In this document: one piece after another, positions 37,333-47,974 of the stretch
How positions within the stretch are numbered: position 1 is the first letter of the stretch
How the letters are laid out: each line of letters opens with the position of its first letter
DNA from: Nitrospinaceae bacterium
GTDB taxonomy: Bacteria; Nitrospinota_A; UBA7883; JAJDBK01
Direction of reading: 5' to 3'
Length of the DNA: 64,000 nucleotides
Assembly (NCBI GenBank): GCA_029261405.1
Contig: JAJDBK010000048.1
Span: 773-64,772, forward strand
Notes under the pieces: model-generated
Database searches by the model: none
Told to the model about the DNA's origin: nothing
What the model saw: only the letters and a program-made list of their open reading frames with translations
Position numbers and translations under genes: made by a program

Positions 37333-38388
37333 ATGAAGGGAACCAGAGCGCTCCTCGCCATTTTCGCGGCGTGTATTTTCCTCGATTATTCGAATGCTAA
37401 CTTCCCCGAAGCCATGTGGAGCGTTGATGAGGCGTTTGGCGGCGGATCGGATGAGATGTCGAACGGGCCGGACACTGAGGTTTCCACCACTCCCACTCCC
37501 AGGGAACAGTGGCCTGACGCAGGTGATTCAGGCGCAGGCGCCAACTCTGGCGGTAGTGACGGCTTTGCTGACTCGTCGGGCGGTTCCGGCATGTCCGAAG
37601 ATGAAAGGCCGGTTAAGGCCAGCCTCGTCACCGATGGATCGAGGGGGCAAGGCTCCCTGTTTTCCAATCCGACCAACCAGAAGACTGTTGTCGGCAAAGG
37701 GATTTATGAGACCGCAGGTTTCATCGATATGTCGATCGATAACTTCGGCCATATTGTGGACGGAATCCCCACCGACAAGATCTCCTTTAGCAAGGAGGAC
37801 TATGTATACCTGAACAAGGGATCGCTCGACGGTGTAAGGGTTGGCGATACGTTTATGGCTTTGCATCTTTCGGAAAATGAAATTCTTCACCCCGTAAGCG
37901 AAGATCTGCTCGGTTATAAAGTGGTGATTGATGGTGTTCTTCAGGCGATCGAAACAAATGAAAGCGTCACCAAAGCCAGAATCACCGGCGCGTTCCGCAC
38001 AATCGAGCGGGGGCATGTCATTATGCCTTTTGAATCGCCCAGGATACCGACGTTTGATCCGGATGAACCACCAGCGGACAAGTCGATCAGGGGTTATGTA
38101 GTGGACGGTCAGGTTTCCAAGGGTGGTTTCTCCGAAGGGGATATCGTTTACTTCGATGTTTCAGGGTCCGAGGGTGTGGAGCCTGGCGACCTGTTCGATA
38201 TCATCGAAGACCACAAGGTCATCGGAAAGAGTGGGACAATGGTGGAGGTTTTGCCAAAGGTGATCGGGCAGGCGCGCATTATCGGTGTCAGAGGAGCCGG
38301 GTCAACCGCATATATACTCTATTCGGTCAGTGAGGTTCTTCCGGGCGCGAAGGTGGTTTACGCCGTGATGCGCGAACCTGGAAGTTGA
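37333..38388 (+). CDS. Secreted hypothetical protein (351 aa): acidic Gly/Ser-rich N-terminal region and beta-rich C-terminal part
   Basis: Signal peptide MKGTRALLAIFAACIFLDYSNA. No motif that I recognise. Confidence 0.5.
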   Translation: MKGTRALLAIFAACIFLDYSNANFPEAMWSVDEAFGGGSDEMSNGPDTEVSTTPTPREQWPDAGDSGAGANSGGSDGFADSSGGSGMSEDERPVKASLVTDGSRGQGSLFSNPTNQKTVVGKGIYETAGFIDMSIDNFGHIVDGIPTDKISFSKEDYVYLNKGSLDGVRVGDTFMALHLSENEILHPVSEDLLGYKVVIDGVLQAIETNESVTKARITGAFRTIERGHVIMPFESPRIPTFDPDEPPADKSIRGYVVDGQVSKGGFSEGDIVYFDVSGSEGVEPGDLFDIIEDHKVIGKSGTMVEVLPKVIGQARIIGVRGAGSTAYILYSVSEVLPGAKVVYAVMREPGS

Positions 38389-38465
38389 CCGCTTTTACAG
38401 GTAATTACAATTGACGCCATTAGCCGGTAAACGCTCGGTATAAAAGATCGAAGCCCGGCGCGCTT

Positions 38466-39788
38466 ATGAGGAATAATTCGGCCGCTTCAGCGCGGTTACA
38501 CATGTCAGGGGCCGATTCTGCGAAGGTCGGGAATAGAGAGGACCGTGTCGCCCAGGCGGGAGTGCGTCAGGCGTGGTTCATCTGCGTCTGTTTCTCCCTC
38601 TTTTTCTTTGCCAGGGAACTCGATATAGACCGCCATCTGATCTATTCGCTTCCTTTTCTCTCTCTGCTCGTATTTCTGGGTAATACCGGCACACGGTCGA
38701 AACTTGTCTTCGACAAACTCTCAGTCAAAGCGGCCTGGCTCTACGGTTTTGCTTTTTTCCTCTCATTTGTCTCTATAAGCGGAATCCAGTTCTTTGTTAT
38801 TCGTGATTACGCTATTATCACCGGTGTATTTCTCACTTTCCTCCCCAATACTGTGGTGACCGACAAAATGGTAAAATTCCTTTTTGTCGTCTATGCGTCG
38901 AGCAAGACGCTCGACGCTTTTGCTGTATTTAATACGGATATAGGGTTCACTCAACTGTTCATCGATTCCACCACCGGTATCAGCGAGACCAACTCGTTCC
39001 AGTTCGCCGTATTCGCCTTATATTTCCTCTACAAAAAGGATTATCACTGGTTTCTCGCCGCTTGTTTCTTCAACCTTGTGGCGTTTAAAAGGATTTCCAT
39101 TCTGGCCATGCTTGGCGCCATATTCACATACCGGGTATTGCCTTCGGATAGTGGTTCGGTGGTGGCGAAGAGTGTGAAACGCTCCATGACGATGGTCTAT
39201 ATATGGACGGTCGTTGTGGTTTTCTACCTTTTTGCGGTGAACCTTGAGCTGATCGCCAGGACCGTGCTGGATCTGATGGGGTATACAGATATGAGCACCA
39301 ACTATTTCATGAAGGGCAGGGTGGTGCTTCACGGATATATTCACCGGGATATGGCGTTAGCCGATACGTTGCAGATATTTTTTGGACATGGCGCCGGAGC
39401 GGCCGACGAGTTGCTCAAACGTATATACGGAGTTGCGGAAAATCCGCACAACGATTTCCTGAAACTGCAATACGAATACGGATATGTTGGCATGGCGCTC
39501 TACTGGATTGCGCTATGGACTATATTGTCCCGAAATAACTTCGGCATATCGATATTCATATACACGATCACCATTTTCCCAACTGATAACATTCTTATCT
39601 ACTATCCTTTTCAGTTGGTAGCCCTTTTGGCGGTAAAGGCCACAATGGACACTTCTCCGGCAAAGAGTGTGCGGAAGGTGAAGAGCGAGAGTTATAACAC
39701 TGTGTTAAAACGAGCGCTCGAGGCAAAAAAAAGGAGTGTTGCGGCAAGGGGAGTCGAAGGTTGGCAACCACCTGGGGCGGGGGGCTAA
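38466..39788 (+). CDS. O-antigen ligase / Wzy_C-family polytopic membrane protein
   Basis: About 10 TM helices with the loop FGHGAGAADELL...AENPHNDFLKLQYEYGYVG typical of O-antigen-ligase-like proteins. Confidence 0.6.
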   Translation: MRNNSAASARLHMSGADSAKVGNREDRVAQAGVRQAWFICVCFSLFFFARELDIDRHLIYSLPFLSLLVFLGNTGTRSKLVFDKLSVKAAWLYGFAFFLSFVSISGIQFFVIRDYAIITGVFLTFLPNTVVTDKMVKFLFVVYASSKTLDAFAVFNTDIGFTQLFIDSTTGISETNSFQFAVFALYFLYKKDYHWFLAACFFNLVAFKRISILAMLGAIFTYRVLPSDSGSVVAKSVKRSMTMVYIWTVVVVFYLFAVNLELIARTVLDLMGYTDMSTNYFMKGRVVLHGYIHRDMALADTLQIFFGHGAGAADELLKRIYGVAENPHNDFLKLQYEYGYVGMALYWIALWTILSRNNFGISIFIYTITIFPTDNILIYYPFQLVALLAVKATMDTSPAKSVRKVKSESYNTVLKRALEAKKRSVAARGVEGWQPPGAGG

Positions 39789-39891
39789 AAGGATCAGTGT
39801 TTCAATGCAATGAGGAATTGTAGCGGAATCATCCTGAGTCCGGCTGACTCCTGGAATCGACAAAATATCTTTAAATAGGGGGATCCATTTC

Positions 39892-42800
39892 ATGGTTGAA
39901 AAATCTGACAGGAGCGCAGTTTCCGATATAATTTACCATTACCCTCCCATCAGGCTCAGCGCGGAGGAGAAGGCCGCTGATTTTCGTAAAATCTGGCCTG
40001 AAATTGAAAAGCTGTTTGACGGCGACGATCCCGCATTGTTCAAGAAGCTCTCGTCCATAGTCTACTGCTCTTTTATCGATAAACTCTCCAGTCATTACAC
40101 GGCGGAACGGATATATGAAAAACTCAGGAAATATTACAATTTCTTTTTGGAACAGTTCGACACGGCCCACGACCCGGACACCGAAACACCTCGCGCGCGG
40201 GTCCTTATAGATCCTTCCAAGGATAATTTTCTCGAATATGGTGGCGCCAGGATAGCCGTTACAGGAATAATGATTCACGCTTCAGATTCCCCATTTCTCT
40301 TCGAAAACCTGGCCGGATACCTGAACACATCCGGATTGCATGTTCTAAGCGGCATTCATCCGGTATTTACGGTAAAGCGTGAGAATGGCAGACTAACTGA
40401 CATCCTCTCTCCCGAGAAGGTGGGGACAAAGGAAGTTCTGATCAAGTTCCAGGTAAAGAAGATCGTAAATCCTGATAACAGGAAAAAGCTGGAAAAGGAG
40501 ATCCGTTCCATTGTCAAGGCGCTCTACCTGAGCATAGGCGATTTTCCCGTTATGCTGGAGCAGACCAGCAACTTTTGCAACGAACTTGACAAGGATGTTG
40601 TAGCGCCGGAGGACGCCAAAGAGACGGCTGAATTCATTAAATGGTTACTTCCCGACCATTTCATCCTGATGGGAATGGTCAGCTACAAAATTGAGAATGG
40701 AGACATCAATATCGTCGAAAAGTCGAGTAGGGGCGTATACCGCAACATAGGGCTTATGGATGAGGTCTTCCCCGGTTTAAACGACGAGATTGAAAAGAGA
40801 ATTGTAAATTCGTTTAACAGACCTTTCATGATGGTTATAGATTTCCATACGAAATCCCCTTCTATCATTTACCACCGCGAGGCCGTGGATGTTATATTCG
40901 TTCGCCAGTTCGGAACTGACCAGAATCCGATATCCGTCACCGTATTTATAGGCAGGTTTTCCAGGGGCGGTCTGATGAGCAGGTCTTCGGACAACCCTTT
41001 CCTGCGGAAAAAACTCGACAGGCTCATTGCATCGGAAAATATAATGCCAAGATCTCATCTGCACAGGGAGATTGCGACGGCGTTTAACCAGCTACCTAAA
41101 AGGGAGCTTTTTTACACCGACAGAAAGACCTTGTCCGCTATGCTCAACATATCGGCGTCGCTACAGGGCGATTACGAATTGCACCTCCTTGTCCGCCACA
41201 ACCCGCAATTTGAATATATTACCGTTATCCTTATCTTCTCCGTTATTAAGTTAAACCAGGAAAACCTGGAAAGAGTAAAAGATTACCTCTGTGAGGCTCT
41301 GGGACTCGATATTCTCTTCCAGGACGACTCGCAAAGCGCTTCGGTGGCCCAGGCGTTCTTCTATTTCCACGCACCGGGTGATGCAATACCGGAGATCGAC
41401 GCAAGAAATGTGGCTACCGGGTTGCGGGACCTGCTTATGACGTGGGACGATCTGCTTGTGGAAAAACTGGTCGGCAAGTATGAGGACAAGTTCGGTTTCA
41501 GACTATATAAACAGTACCGAAAACGGTTGACCGACCTGTACAAGCAGGCTGTGCCTCCCGACGCCGCCACAGGTGATCTTGTCAAACTTGATGAACTGAG
41601 AAGGGAAAAGACACTTCAACTCGACATAACTTTCAAATCGCCCACAAACGCTCACCTCAGAATCTACTGGAACAAAGAGCTGGACCTGATGAAGCTGATT
41701 CCTACGTTCAGGAATCTGGGTCTTCATGTGAAAGAGGAGATCGCTCTTCCACTGAAATCGGAGAATAGCGACCAACTCTACATCCAGCTTCTTCTCCTGG
41801 AGGATACGGAAGAGAGAATATCCCTTCTCCGAAAACATAAAGAGAAGCTTATAGAGGCCATCAGGCTTGTTATCAGCGGAGATTCGGAGGATTGTGAACT
41901 TAACCGTCTGGTTTTATCCGGCGGATTTGATTGGCGTCAGGTCGATCTGGTCAGGTCGTACAGGAACTATATCCTTCAGATCAACAAGTCGCTGAATCCT
42001 GTTTCCGTGACCGATACCATGAACAAGAACAGATCCATCCTTGCGACGCTGGTCGAATATTTCATCGAAAAGTTTGATCCCGGCAAGGGGGACACCGCCC
42101 GTCTTGAGGAGATAAAGGGTCGCTACGAGAAGGGACTGGGCGATATAACCGATCTTACGGAAGACAGCATAATGCGTAGCCTGTTCAACGTTGTGGATAA
42201 TACACTTCGCACGAACTATTTCAAAGCCTGTGATCGGCACTACATCTCGTTCAAGATCAACTGTCACGGTGTTCTGGGGATGCCAAAACCAGTCCCCTTG
42301 GCCGAAATATTTGTCCACAGCCCGTACCTTAACGGCGTTCACCTCCGGGGAGGAAAGGTGGCCAGAGGGGGACTGCGGTGGAGCGACAGGCCGGACGATT
42401 TCCGCATGGAGGTTTTGGGGCTGGTAAAGACCCAGATGGTAAAAAACGCCGTAATCGTACCGGCTGGATCAAAGGGCGGTTTCATAATAAAGAAGATGAA
42501 ATTCGGTAACCTTACCGACCGGGCGGAGATATACAAAAATCTTTACCAGACATTCATAATGGGTCTTCTTGACCTGACCGACAACCTTGTGGAAGGTGTT
42601 CTTACCCGCCCGGAGGGGGTTGTCTGTTATGACGATCCAGACCCGTATCTTGTAGTGGCGGCGGACAAGGGGACGGCCACCATGTCCGACTCCGCCAACG
42701 AGATTTCGGACAAATACAGTTTCTGGCTCAAGGACGCCTTTGCGTCGGGGGGCGCCGTAGGGTACGACCACAAAAAATATGGCATTACCGCCCGTGGAGC

Positions 42801-44772
42801 GTGGGAGTGTATCAAGCGGCACTTCCGTGAACTGGGTGTGGATATTCAAAGCGAATCGATAACCGTGGCGGGTGTGGGTGACATGTCAGGTGATGTTTTC
42901 GGTAACGGAATGCTCCTCTCCGAAAAGATAAAAATGGTAGCCGCATTCAATCATATGCATATCTTTCTCGATCCTGATCCTGACCCGGCCATATCCTTTG
43001 AGGAGCGAAATCGACTTTTCGAGATGGGAAACAAAGGACCGTGCAGTTGGACCGATTACGACCCGGAGAAAATATCTGAGGGTGGAGGCGTGTTTCTCCG
43101 CTCCGCCAAGGCGATACCAATTTCGGAAAAGACTCGAAAAATACTGGGAGTGGACAAAAGCAGTATGAGTGGTCGTGAGTTGATTCAGGCCATTCTCACC
43201 ATGCCTGTCGATCTTCTCTATTGTGGTGGTATCGGCACTTATATCCGCGCAAGTAATGAAAGCGACCTGAGTGTCGGAGACAAGGCTAACGACTCGGTGC
43301 GCGTAACGGCTGACAAGGTGCGCGCAAAGGTTCTTGGAGAAGGGGCGAACCTGGCTCTTACTCAAAAAGCCCGTCTGGAATATTCCGAAAAAGGTGGAGT
43401 CAGCAATACGGACGCCATAGACAACGCAGGTGGCGTAAATATGAGCGACCATGAGGTTAACATAAAAATATTTCTCGAAATCCTGCTGGAGCGAAGGGAA
43501 ATTGAGAGCCAGGAGAAGCGTAACGAATTCTTCATGGAGATCGGTGGCGAGGTTGCCGATATGGTTCTTCGCGATAACTACATTCAGAGTTGCGGTATCA
43601 CCCTCGATCAGAAAAAGAGCGAGGAGAAGCTGGAACTCTTCTCTAATTATGTCGACACCATGGAATCCAATGGTCTTTTAGAACGGGAGCAGGAGGATAT
43701 TCCGATCCGTGAAGAGCTGATTGGCTACAGTGCAAAACCGGGTTACATGCCCAGGCCAATACTGGCGGTGCTCTACGGATACGAAAAGATACGGATTAAC
43801 GAGAAGATAATGGCGTCCGAACTTGTGGAGTACGCTTTTTCGGAGCGTTATTTCGTCAAGTATTTCCCGTCCGTAATTCATCGGGACTATTCAGCGCACC
43901 TTGGAGAGCATCGCCTGAAAAAGGAAATTATAGCGACGGTACTGAGTAACAAAATCGTGAATCAGGCTGGTGTGACGTTTGTTCACTCCATGGAATCGAT
44001 CACAAGATGCACCCCTGCGGAGATATGCAAGGCGTACCTGATAGCGGAGAATCTGCTTCAGGCGGACGAATTCAGACGGCTCGTACACGAACTGGACAAC
44101 ACTATTCCGGCGAGCAAGCAGACGGAGTTTCTGCTACAGATGGAGACTCTTATCGGAAAGGTGGTGGCGTGGATGTTAAAACATACTGAAACTGATCGAA
44201 TAAGTTTCGATTTCATCAACCAGTACCAGGCCATTGTCAGACGTTTCCAGGAGAACCTCTACGAAAAACTTGAATCCATATGCTCCATGGAATGCGGATG
44301 TCTGGACGATAAGATCGTTAAGCTTCAGGAGGAGAATGTTCCGAAGCCCCTGGCAAAATGGTCGGCGATACTCCCCTACATGGCTGATATCATGTCTATC
44401 GTAAAGATAAAAGAGACGAAGCATACTGACTTTATAGATACCGGTAATCTGTTTATCCAGATCACCGACAACCTGGAGATCGACTGGATAGCGCGAACCC
44501 TTGAAACCAGGACACCTACGACCAGTTGGGAAAAACGTAGTGTGGAAAATATGATTACAGAACTGGAGCAGAGTCAGTATCGCATCGTAATGAGTATTCT
44601 TGAGTTCAAACGCAAGGATGAAGATATGGATACCGCGTTTCGAAGCTACATAGCGGAAAATGAAGGTTCCCTGAAAAGATACTACGAGACAATTGCGACG
44701 ATTAAAGCGGAAAAATCGGACGACCTGCTGGCGTTGGGAGTTCTGATTCGTATGTTATCATCCCTTGATTGA
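39892..44772 (+). CDS. Large NAD-specific glutamate dehydrogenase (about 180 kDa, Bac_GDH type)
   Basis: 1626 aa. Catalytic core RGGLRWSDRPDDFRMEVLGLVKTQMVKNAVIVPAGSKGGF...VVAADKGTATMSD...GDMSGDVFGNGML. Confidence 0.92.
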   Translation: MVEKSDRSAVSDIIYHYPPIRLSAEEKAADFRKIWPEIEKLFDGDDPALFKKLSSIVYCSFIDKLSSHYTAERIYEKLRKYYNFFLEQFDTAHDPDTETPRARVLIDPSKDNFLEYGGARIAVTGIMIHASDSPFLFENLAGYLNTSGLHVLSGIHPVFTVKRENGRLTDILSPEKVGTKEVLIKFQVKKIVNPDNRKKLEKEIRSIVKALYLSIGDFPVMLEQTSNFCNELDKDVVAPEDAKETAEFIKWLLPDHFILMGMVSYKIENGDINIVEKSSRGVYRNIGLMDEVFPGLNDEIEKRIVNSFNRPFMMVIDFHTKSPSIIYHREAVDVIFVRQFGTDQNPISVTVFIGRFSRGGLMSRSSDNPFLRKKLDRLIASENIMPRSHLHREIATAFNQLPKRELFYTDRKTLSAMLNISASLQGDYELHLLVRHNPQFEYITVILIFSVIKLNQENLERVKDYLCEALGLDILFQDDSQSASVAQAFFYFHAPGDAIPEIDARNVATGLRDLLMTWDDLLVEKLVGKYEDKFGFRLYKQYRKRLTDLYKQAVPPDAATGDLVKLDELRREKTLQLDITFKSPTNAHLRIYWNKELDLMKLIPTFRNLGLHVKEEIALPLKSENSDQLYIQLLLLEDTEERISLLRKHKEKLIEAIRLVISGDSEDCELNRLVLSGGFDWRQVDLVRSYRNYILQINKSLNPVSVTDTMNKNRSILATLVEYFIEKFDPGKGDTARLEEIKGRYEKGLGDITDLTEDSIMRSLFNVVDNTLRTNYFKACDRHYISFKINCHGVLGMPKPVPLAEIFVHSPYLNGVHLRGGKVARGGLRWSDRPDDFRMEVLGLVKTQMVKNAVIVPAGSKGGFIIKKMKFGNLTDRAEIYKNLYQTFIMGLLDLTDNLVEGVLTRPEGVVCYDDPDPYLVVAADKGTATMSDSANEISDKYSFWLKDAFASGGAVGYDHKKYGITARGAWECIKRHFRELGVDIQSESITVAGVGDMSGDVFGNGMLLSEKIKMVAAFNHMHIFLDPDPDPAISFEERNRLFEMGNKGPCSWTDYDPEKISEGGGVFLRSAKAIPISEKTRKILGVDKSSMSGRELIQAILTMPVDLLYCGGIGTYIRASNESDLSVGDKANDSVRVTADKVRAKVLGEGANLALTQKARLEYSEKGGVSNTDAIDNAGGVNMSDHEVNIKIFLEILLERREIESQEKRNEFFMEIGGEVADMVLRDNYIQSCGITLDQKKSEEKLELFSNYVDTMESNGLLEREQEDIPIREELIGYSAKPGYMPRPILAVLYGYEKIRINEKIMASELVEYAFSERYFVKYFPSVIHRDYSAHLGEHRLKKEIIATVLSNKIVNQAGVTFVHSMESITRCTPAEICKAYLIAENLLQADEFRRLVHELDNTIPASKQTEFLLQMETLIGKVVAWMLKHTETDRISFDFINQYQAIVRRFQENLYEKLESICSMECGCLDDKIVKLQEENVPKPLAKWSAILPYMADIMSIVKIKETKHTDFIDTGNLFIQITDNLEIDWIARTLETRTPTTSWEKRSVENMITELEQSQYRIVMSILEFKRKDEDMDTAFRSYIAENEGSLKRYYETIATIKAEKSDDLLALGVLIRMLSSLD

Positions 44773-45195
44773 GGGATTTTTATATTTTGCTTTCGGATGA
44801 AAAGCTATGCCACCTCTGGGCGCGAACCTGCCCTCTACTTTCAGCCAGACCGGGTCGAGCAGGGTGACAAGATCGTTGGCGATACGGTTTACTACGGCCT
44901 CATGGAATGTACCGAACATTCTGAATCCCATCAGGTAGAGTTTTAGCGATTTACTTTCGAGCGCCAGTTTACCCGGTTTGTAATCGACAATTATGATCCC
45001 GAAATCGGGCTGGCCGGTTATAGGGCAGACACATGTGAATTCGGGCGCCTCGATATGAATCGTTCCGTGAACGTTGTTCCGGTTCACCGTTTCATCCCCG
45101 AATGGGTTTTCAAAACACTCCAGAATTGAGGAGTCTGGTTTTTCGTACTGATATTTGGTTTTGGAGTTACCGAGACTGGTTAGAGAGTTTTCCAT
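44758..45195 (-). CDS. queF: NADPH-dependent 7-cyano-7-deazaguanine reductase QueF (type I)
   Basis: EFTCVCPITGQPDFG and ESKSLKLYL motifs. The 3' end overlaps the GDH 3' end by 15 nt. Confidence 0.9.
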   Translation of the reverse strand: MENSLTSLGNSKTKYQYEKPDSSILECFENPFGDETVNRNNVHGTIHIEAPEFTCVCPITGQPDFGIIIVDYKPGKLALESKSLKLYLMGFRMFGTFHEAVVNRIANDLVTLLDPVWLKVEGRFAPRGGIAFHPKAKYKNPSIKG

Positions 45196-45272
45196 ACGAA
45201 TTTCCGTTCCTGGGTTGTAAATAATTGACGCGCCATATTAACATGTCCAAATTTAAATACAGCTAAACCATA

Positions 45273-45911
45273 ATGAGCCTCAAGATAAGAGTATTGCATG
45301 GTGGCAAGGAGTCGGGTTTAACCGACGCAAGGCCCGACATACGAAGGGTATTCTTCGCGTTTGACATATCTGAAGAGATCAGGGAGAGGGCAGGGCGACT
45401 CGTCAGCTCTTTTGCATTAGAGGGTAGCCAGGTCAAATGGGTCCATCAGGAAAACCTGCACCTTACTGTGAGATTCCTCGGAGACGTGGACGAGTCTGTT
45501 TTCGATAAGCTCAAGAATGTAGCGACATCGGTATCCCGTCAGTACGATCCATTCACGATGACTATTGAGGGCATAGGGTTGTTTCCGAACCATGACAAAC
45601 CGAGGGTAGCGTGGCTGGGCGCCAGGGATAGCGGAGGAACCCTCAATTCGTTCGAGACGGAGCTTTCCCGCGAGCTTGAGCCTCTCGGATTTTCGCCGGG
45701 AGAGAAACGTTACACTCCCCACATTACGTTGGGCAGGGTGAGAAGCGATCTGGTTCGTGGCAAAATCGTCAGGATCAGCCGGGAGTACCATAACCATCAA
45801 TTCGGAGATACGAAGGTCAGCCAACTGGTTCTCTACGAGAGCTCCCTTAACACCATTGGTTTCAAGTACAAGAAACTTGCTACATTTCCCCTCGGAAACC
45901 CTCAGGATTAA
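45273..45911 (+). CDS. thpR: RNA 2',3'-cyclic phosphodiesterase (ThpR/LigT, 2H family)
   Basis: Two HxT/S motifs: HLTVRFLG and HITLGRV. Confidence 0.85.
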   Translation: MSLKIRVLHGGKESGLTDARPDIRRVFFAFDISEEIRERAGRLVSSFALEGSQVKWVHQENLHLTVRFLGDVDESVFDKLKNVATSVSRQYDPFTMTIEGIGLFPNHDKPRVAWLGARDSGGTLNSFETELSRELEPLGFSPGEKRYTPHITLGRVRSDLVRGKIVRISREYHNHQFGDTKVSQLVLYESSLNTIGFKYKKLATFPLGNPQD

Positions 45912-45935
45912 TCCGGGCTAAAGCGGGCGACGCAG

Positions 45936-46610
45936 GTGACCGATAAGATGAAAATGAGAAACAGATTTAATCAGCTATACCGCATCGGTTTTGAAGTGAC
46001 CAAGGCCATGCTTTGGGCCATTTGTATCGTGCTGATAATGAAAAGCGCCCTTGTGGAAGCCAACCAGATCGTATCCGGCTCCATGCGGCCCACCCTTAAA
46101 GATGGTGATTTCGTGCTGGTGAACAAGCTTGAATATGGCATTCACATCCCTTTTTTAGCGGAGATGTTCTACATCTGGTCTGAGCCGAAGAGAGGGGACG
46201 TGGTTACTTTCACCCCTCCCATGACCGATGAAAACGGGAAAGCCAGGCTTTTTATCAAACGGATAATAGCTCTGCCCGGTGACGTTGTCATGATAAGAGA
46301 CTCCATACTGTTCATAAACCACAAGCCGGTAAACAGCGTAAAAATCAACGCTGGAACTTTTATCGAAACCATTGGTGAGAAGGTATTTTCCGTAACAAAA
46401 AAAGATGACCATGCTAATTTCGGTCCGGTCACCGTGCCTGTCGGTTATGTGTTTGTGATGGGTGACAACCGGGACAACAGCCACGACTCCAGGAACTGGG
46501 GGCCGCTTCCCATTTCCCGGATCGAAGGACGGGCGGCCATGATATATTTCACGAAAAAAACGTTGCTCGAAGGGGATCTCGATATTCGCCGAATCGGCTC
46601 CTTGCTCTAA
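45936..46610 (+). CDS. lepB: Signal peptidase I
   Basis: SGSMRPTL, FIKRIIALPGD, GDNRDNSHDSRNWGPLP. Confidence 0.92.
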   Translation: MTDKMKMRNRFNQLYRIGFEVTKAMLWAICIVLIMKSALVEANQIVSGSMRPTLKDGDFVLVNKLEYGIHIPFLAEMFYIWSEPKRGDVVTFTPPMTDENGKARLFIKRIIALPGDVVMIRDSILFINHKPVNSVKINAGTFIETIGEKVFSVTKKDDHANFGPVTVPVGYVFVMGDNRDNSHDSRNWGPLPISRIEGRAAMIYFTKKTLLEGDLDIRRIGSLL

Positions 46611-46624
46611 GAATAAAGTTCACT

Positions 46625-47974
46625 TTGTCTACTGTCGTATACCGCAAATTACCCTGGATTGATCCGGTCCGCATCTTCACAGCTTCCCAACCTGCGCCGG
46701 GATTTGTCTGGCTCGACGGCGCGTATAACGCCAACAGTTACGGAAGGTGGTCCTTCATGGCCCGAAACCCGTACAAGATCGCATCGGGCGGAGTCGGTAA
46801 CGGGATCGACGATCCGTTCGAGCTTATGGAGACTCTGGTCGGTAAGAGCAAAAAACAACAACCCGGTCTACCCCCTTTTACAGGTGGCGCCATAGGGTAT
46901 TTCGGGTACGATCTGCTCAAGTATGCGGAACCATGTACACAGCTTGTAAAGGAGAGGGGAATTGGTGGGCGCGACTTCTGGTTCGGATTTTATCAAGAGG
47001 TTCTCGCCTTTGACCGAAAACAAAAAGAGATCTGGTTACTTGCCAATGCCACCGACTCTCAAGAGGGAGGGGAAAAGCTTGACGCGCTTGAACAGTGGAG
47101 CCAAACCGGAATTTCGGCGCCTGACCCGGAATCGGTTACCGGTAGAAACCGTCTGGAATCAAACTTTGGGCGGGACGAGTATATAAACGCGGTTCAAAAG
47201 GTCAGGGAGTATATAGAAGCGGGCGACTGTTACCAGGCCAACATATCCCAAAAGTTTTCCATGCCCGCCACAATGGATTCGAAAACGGTCTACTTAAGGC
47301 TAAGGAACGCAAGTCCGGCGCCTTTCGGAGCGTATATTGATACAGGCGACAGAGTGATTCTCTCAAGCTCACCAGAGAGGTTTTTTTCTCTTGCTGGAAA
47401 AAAAATTCAGACCAGGCCGATCAAAGGGACAAGACCGAGAGGTTCCACCTCTGAAGAGGATGACTCTTTAAAAGAAGAGCTTGTGACAAGCGAGAAGGAG
47501 AGAGCGGAAAATATAATGATCGTCGATCTGCTCCGGAACGACCTTGCAAAGGTCTGCAAACCTGGCTCAGTGAAGGTAACGGGGCTTTGCGAGATCGAAT
47601 CTTTTCCTACTATTACCCATCTCATATCTACTGTGGTAGGGGAGTTACGGGATGAATCGGGTCTGGCAGAACTTTTACGCGCAACCTTCCCATGTGGATC
47701 GGTGACCGGCGCTCCGAAAATAAGGGCTATGGAGATTATCGACGAGATCGAACCTGAACCGCGGGGTGTTTATTGCGGCGCCATCGGATATCTTGGTTTT
47801 GGTGGTTCGGTCGATCTTAGTGTCGCTATCCGGGTTATCGTAAAAGAGAAGGGTCGTTATTCCTTCCATGTAGGTGGCGGTGTTACATATCCATCTGATC
47901 CTGCGGCGGAGTTCAACGAAACCCTTCATAAAGCTGAGGGAATAATGACGGCGCTATCGGCATGCCGGAGCTGA
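46625..47974 (+). CDS. pabB: Aminodeoxychorismate synthase component I (PabB; chorismate-binding enzyme family)
   Basis: ...SSPERFF...RPIKGTRPRG...KERAENIMIVDLLRNDL...FPCGSVTGAPKIRAMEII. Followed by pabC, with an overlap. TTG start. Confidence 0.8.
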   Translation: MSTVVYRKLPWIDPVRIFTASQPAPGFVWLDGAYNANSYGRWSFMARNPYKIASGGVGNGIDDPFELMETLVGKSKKQQPGLPPFTGGAIGYFGYDLLKYAEPCTQLVKERGIGGRDFWFGFYQEVLAFDRKQKEIWLLANATDSQEGGEKLDALEQWSQTGISAPDPESVTGRNRLESNFGRDEYINAVQKVREYIEAGDCYQANISQKFSMPATMDSKTVYLRLRNASPAPFGAYIDTGDRVILSSSPERFFSLAGKKIQTRPIKGTRPRGSTSEEDDSLKEELVTSEKERAENIMIVDLLRNDLAKVCKPGSVKVTGLCEIESFPTITHLISTVVGELRDESGLAELLRATFPCGSVTGAPKIRAMEIIDEIEPEPRGVYCGAIGYLGFGGSVDLSVAIRVIVKEKGRYSFHVGGGVTYPSDPAAEFNETLHKAEGIMTALSACRS

